From: a virus
Lineage: Duplodnaviria; Caudoviricetes
Reading direction: 5' to 3' (one strand)
Length of the DNA stretch: 64,000 nt
Virus record (IMG/VR): IMGVR_UViG_2934377003_000001
Coordinates: 1 to 64,000 of that record
Shown here: one piece after another, positions 62,773 through 64,000 of the stretch
Layout of the letters: every line of letters begins with the position of its first letter
Position numbering within the stretch: position 1 is the stretch's first letter
Program-made: the position numbers and the translations under genes
Notes under the pieces: generated by a model
Databases searched by the model: none
The model's input: the letters and a program-made list of their open reading frames with translations, nothing else
Told to the model about the DNA's origin: nothing

Positions 62773-64000
62773 TCAGGCGGCACCGCCCAGCGGCTGCGCG
62801 GCGATCTCCAGAACGGAGAGGTGCCGCGGAAGGCAGGTGGCGAGGTCGGTGTCCTGGTAGGCGCCTGCTGCGGCTGCGGCGGCGAGGACGTCGTTGAGGT
62901 AGAAGTCGCCGTCGGCGACCACGCGGTTGTAGTGGTTCATGAACGCGCTTCGCTCTTCGGCCTCGGGCCACCGGTTGGCACCCGCGCGGAAGCTGCGCGA
63001 CCAAAGGTCGACAGCACGGTGCCGGAATGCATCGACGCCGGTGTACTCAAGTTCGTTCGGGCGCAGTCCGTGGTGCAGCTCCGAGGAGTGGTGGGAGCCG
63101 GCGAGGAGTGCGGCGCGCCTGATGCGGTCCAGCGATACGCCGCCATCCGCGAGGTCGTCGACCTGGTTCTGGACGACCCTGAGCAGGAACGTGTCCGGTG
63201 GCTCAATGTACGTGGATAGCCCGTCGAGCTCGGTCCAGGCGTCGCACCACTCGATGACGACGTCGGCACGTTCCTGGTCGGTGGCCCCGGCCATCGCATC
63301 CTGGATGGTTGAGACGCCTGTAGATCCGCCGAAGATGGCCGCCCTGATCAACTGCTCGGGGTCTGTCCATTCGCTACATGCCTCAAGTTCCATGAGGCTG
63401 CGCGCGAACTGGGCGCGCAGTTCGCCCGAGGGCTCCGCTTCCAGATCAGATGCCCACGCGCGGGCCCAGCGGTCGACGGCCGCCTGTCCGATCAGGCTGA
63501 GCGAGCCGGGGGCCTTCTTCGTTGACGGGGTGACGATCTCTTGCGCGCGCTCATGGAGTTCCTTGACCATGCGCCAGCCGATTCCGCAGGCGTAGCGAAA
63601 GGTGTTGTCGATCCTGACCGTGGGGTTGGTCATGGCCTTCTCGACGATGTCGGGCCAGACTTCCTGCGGCAGGCCGGCCGCATAGAAGGCGTCGAGGCTG
63701 CCCTTCCAACTGTCGGGCAGTTCGACGCGCTCGGTTTTCCAGCCGTTCTCTCGAGTCCATCCGCTCCAGGTCTTCCTGAAGGACTCGCGGTACTCGTTCT
63801 TCGGCGCCTGCAGCTGGCGGAGATCCTCCGCCGCCTGCTTCATGGCGTCAGCCCAGCGGAGGGCGTCGTCGCTGACGTTGGCTACGACGGCGGAGTCGAC
63901 GGTTGCGCTGCTCTTGCCGCTGTTGCACGGCTCGCAGCTGGCGACGAGGTTGTCGGGCGTGTCGGTGCCGCCGAGCGCGACGGGGGTGACGTGATCGACG
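62773..64000 (-). CDS. HNH endonuclease domain fused to a long helical region; 5' end outside the window
   Basis: Frame reads VDHVTPVALGGTDTPDNLVASCEPCNSGK upstream of the listed ATG and is open to the window edge. Confidence 0.85.
   Translation of the reverse strand, partial: VDHVTPVALGGTDTPDNLVASCEPCNSGKSSATVDSAVVANVSDDALRWADAMKQAAEDLRQLQAPKNEYRESFRKTWSGWTRENGWKTERVELPDSWKGSLDAFYAAGLPQEVWPDIVEKAMTNPTVRIDNTFRYACGIGWRMVKELHERAQEIVTPSTKKAPGSLSLIGQAAVDRWARAWASDLEAEPSGELRAQFARSLMELEACSEWTDPEQLIRAAIFGGSTGVSTIQDAMAGATDQERADVVIEWCDAWTELDGLSTYIEPPDTFLLRVVQNQVDDLADGGVSLDRIRRAALLAGSHHSSELHHGLRPNELEYTGVDAFRHRAVDLWSRSFRAGANRWPEAEERSAFMNHYNRVVADGDFYLNDVLAAAAAAGAYQDTDLATCLPRHLSVLEIAAQPLGGAA

Larger units (their letters stand above)
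4455..64000. mobile_element. Temperate siphovirus-type prophage or plasmid-prophage; boundaries not resolved, probably includes the cargo to the left and continues past the right edge
   Basis: Contiguous lysis, tail, head, packaging and replication modules with intact ORFs; no integrase or att site in the window. Confidence 0.9.

Noticed and set aside
1-64000. tRNA, rRNA or att core
   Set aside because: No cloverleaf or T-loop signature and no long direct repeat found by eye; a scan could still find one

Overview
High-GC actinobacterial DNA, Streptomyces-like by gene content, occupied almost entirely by one temperate siphovirus-type (pro)phage. From left to right: accessory cargo (secreted HNH/DUF1524 nuclease, serine resolvase coupled to a zinc-ribbon/GIY-YIG-like gene, membrane protein); lysis cassette; tail and head operon on the minus strand (two receptor-binding proteins, one with a GH46 chitosanase domain, tape measure protein with M23 and lytic transglycosylase domains, frameshifted tail chaperone, capsid, scaffold); a packaging block (MuF, TerS, TerL, portal) on the plus strand; many small genes; a ~12 kb Streptomyces plasmid/AICE-type conjugal transfer module (FtsK-like TraB, an adjacent 8-bp repeat array resembling clt, SpdB-like membrane protein, RapZ C-terminal domain, HTH and two Nudix genes); and an early/replication operon with two C5 cytosine methyltransferases, a replication initiator with an internal ori-like region and an HNH protein cut by the window edge. 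No integrase, att site, tRNA, rRNA or CRISPR array was recognised. Best candidates for new biology: a virion-encoding phage that also carries a TraB/clt transfer system, a dual-coding methyltransferase gene, the chitosanase tail protein, an inverted-repeat-flanked control segment in front of the endolysin, and repeated-loop RNA hairpins in the transfer operon leader. All family assignments come from motif recognition by eye; no database search was run.
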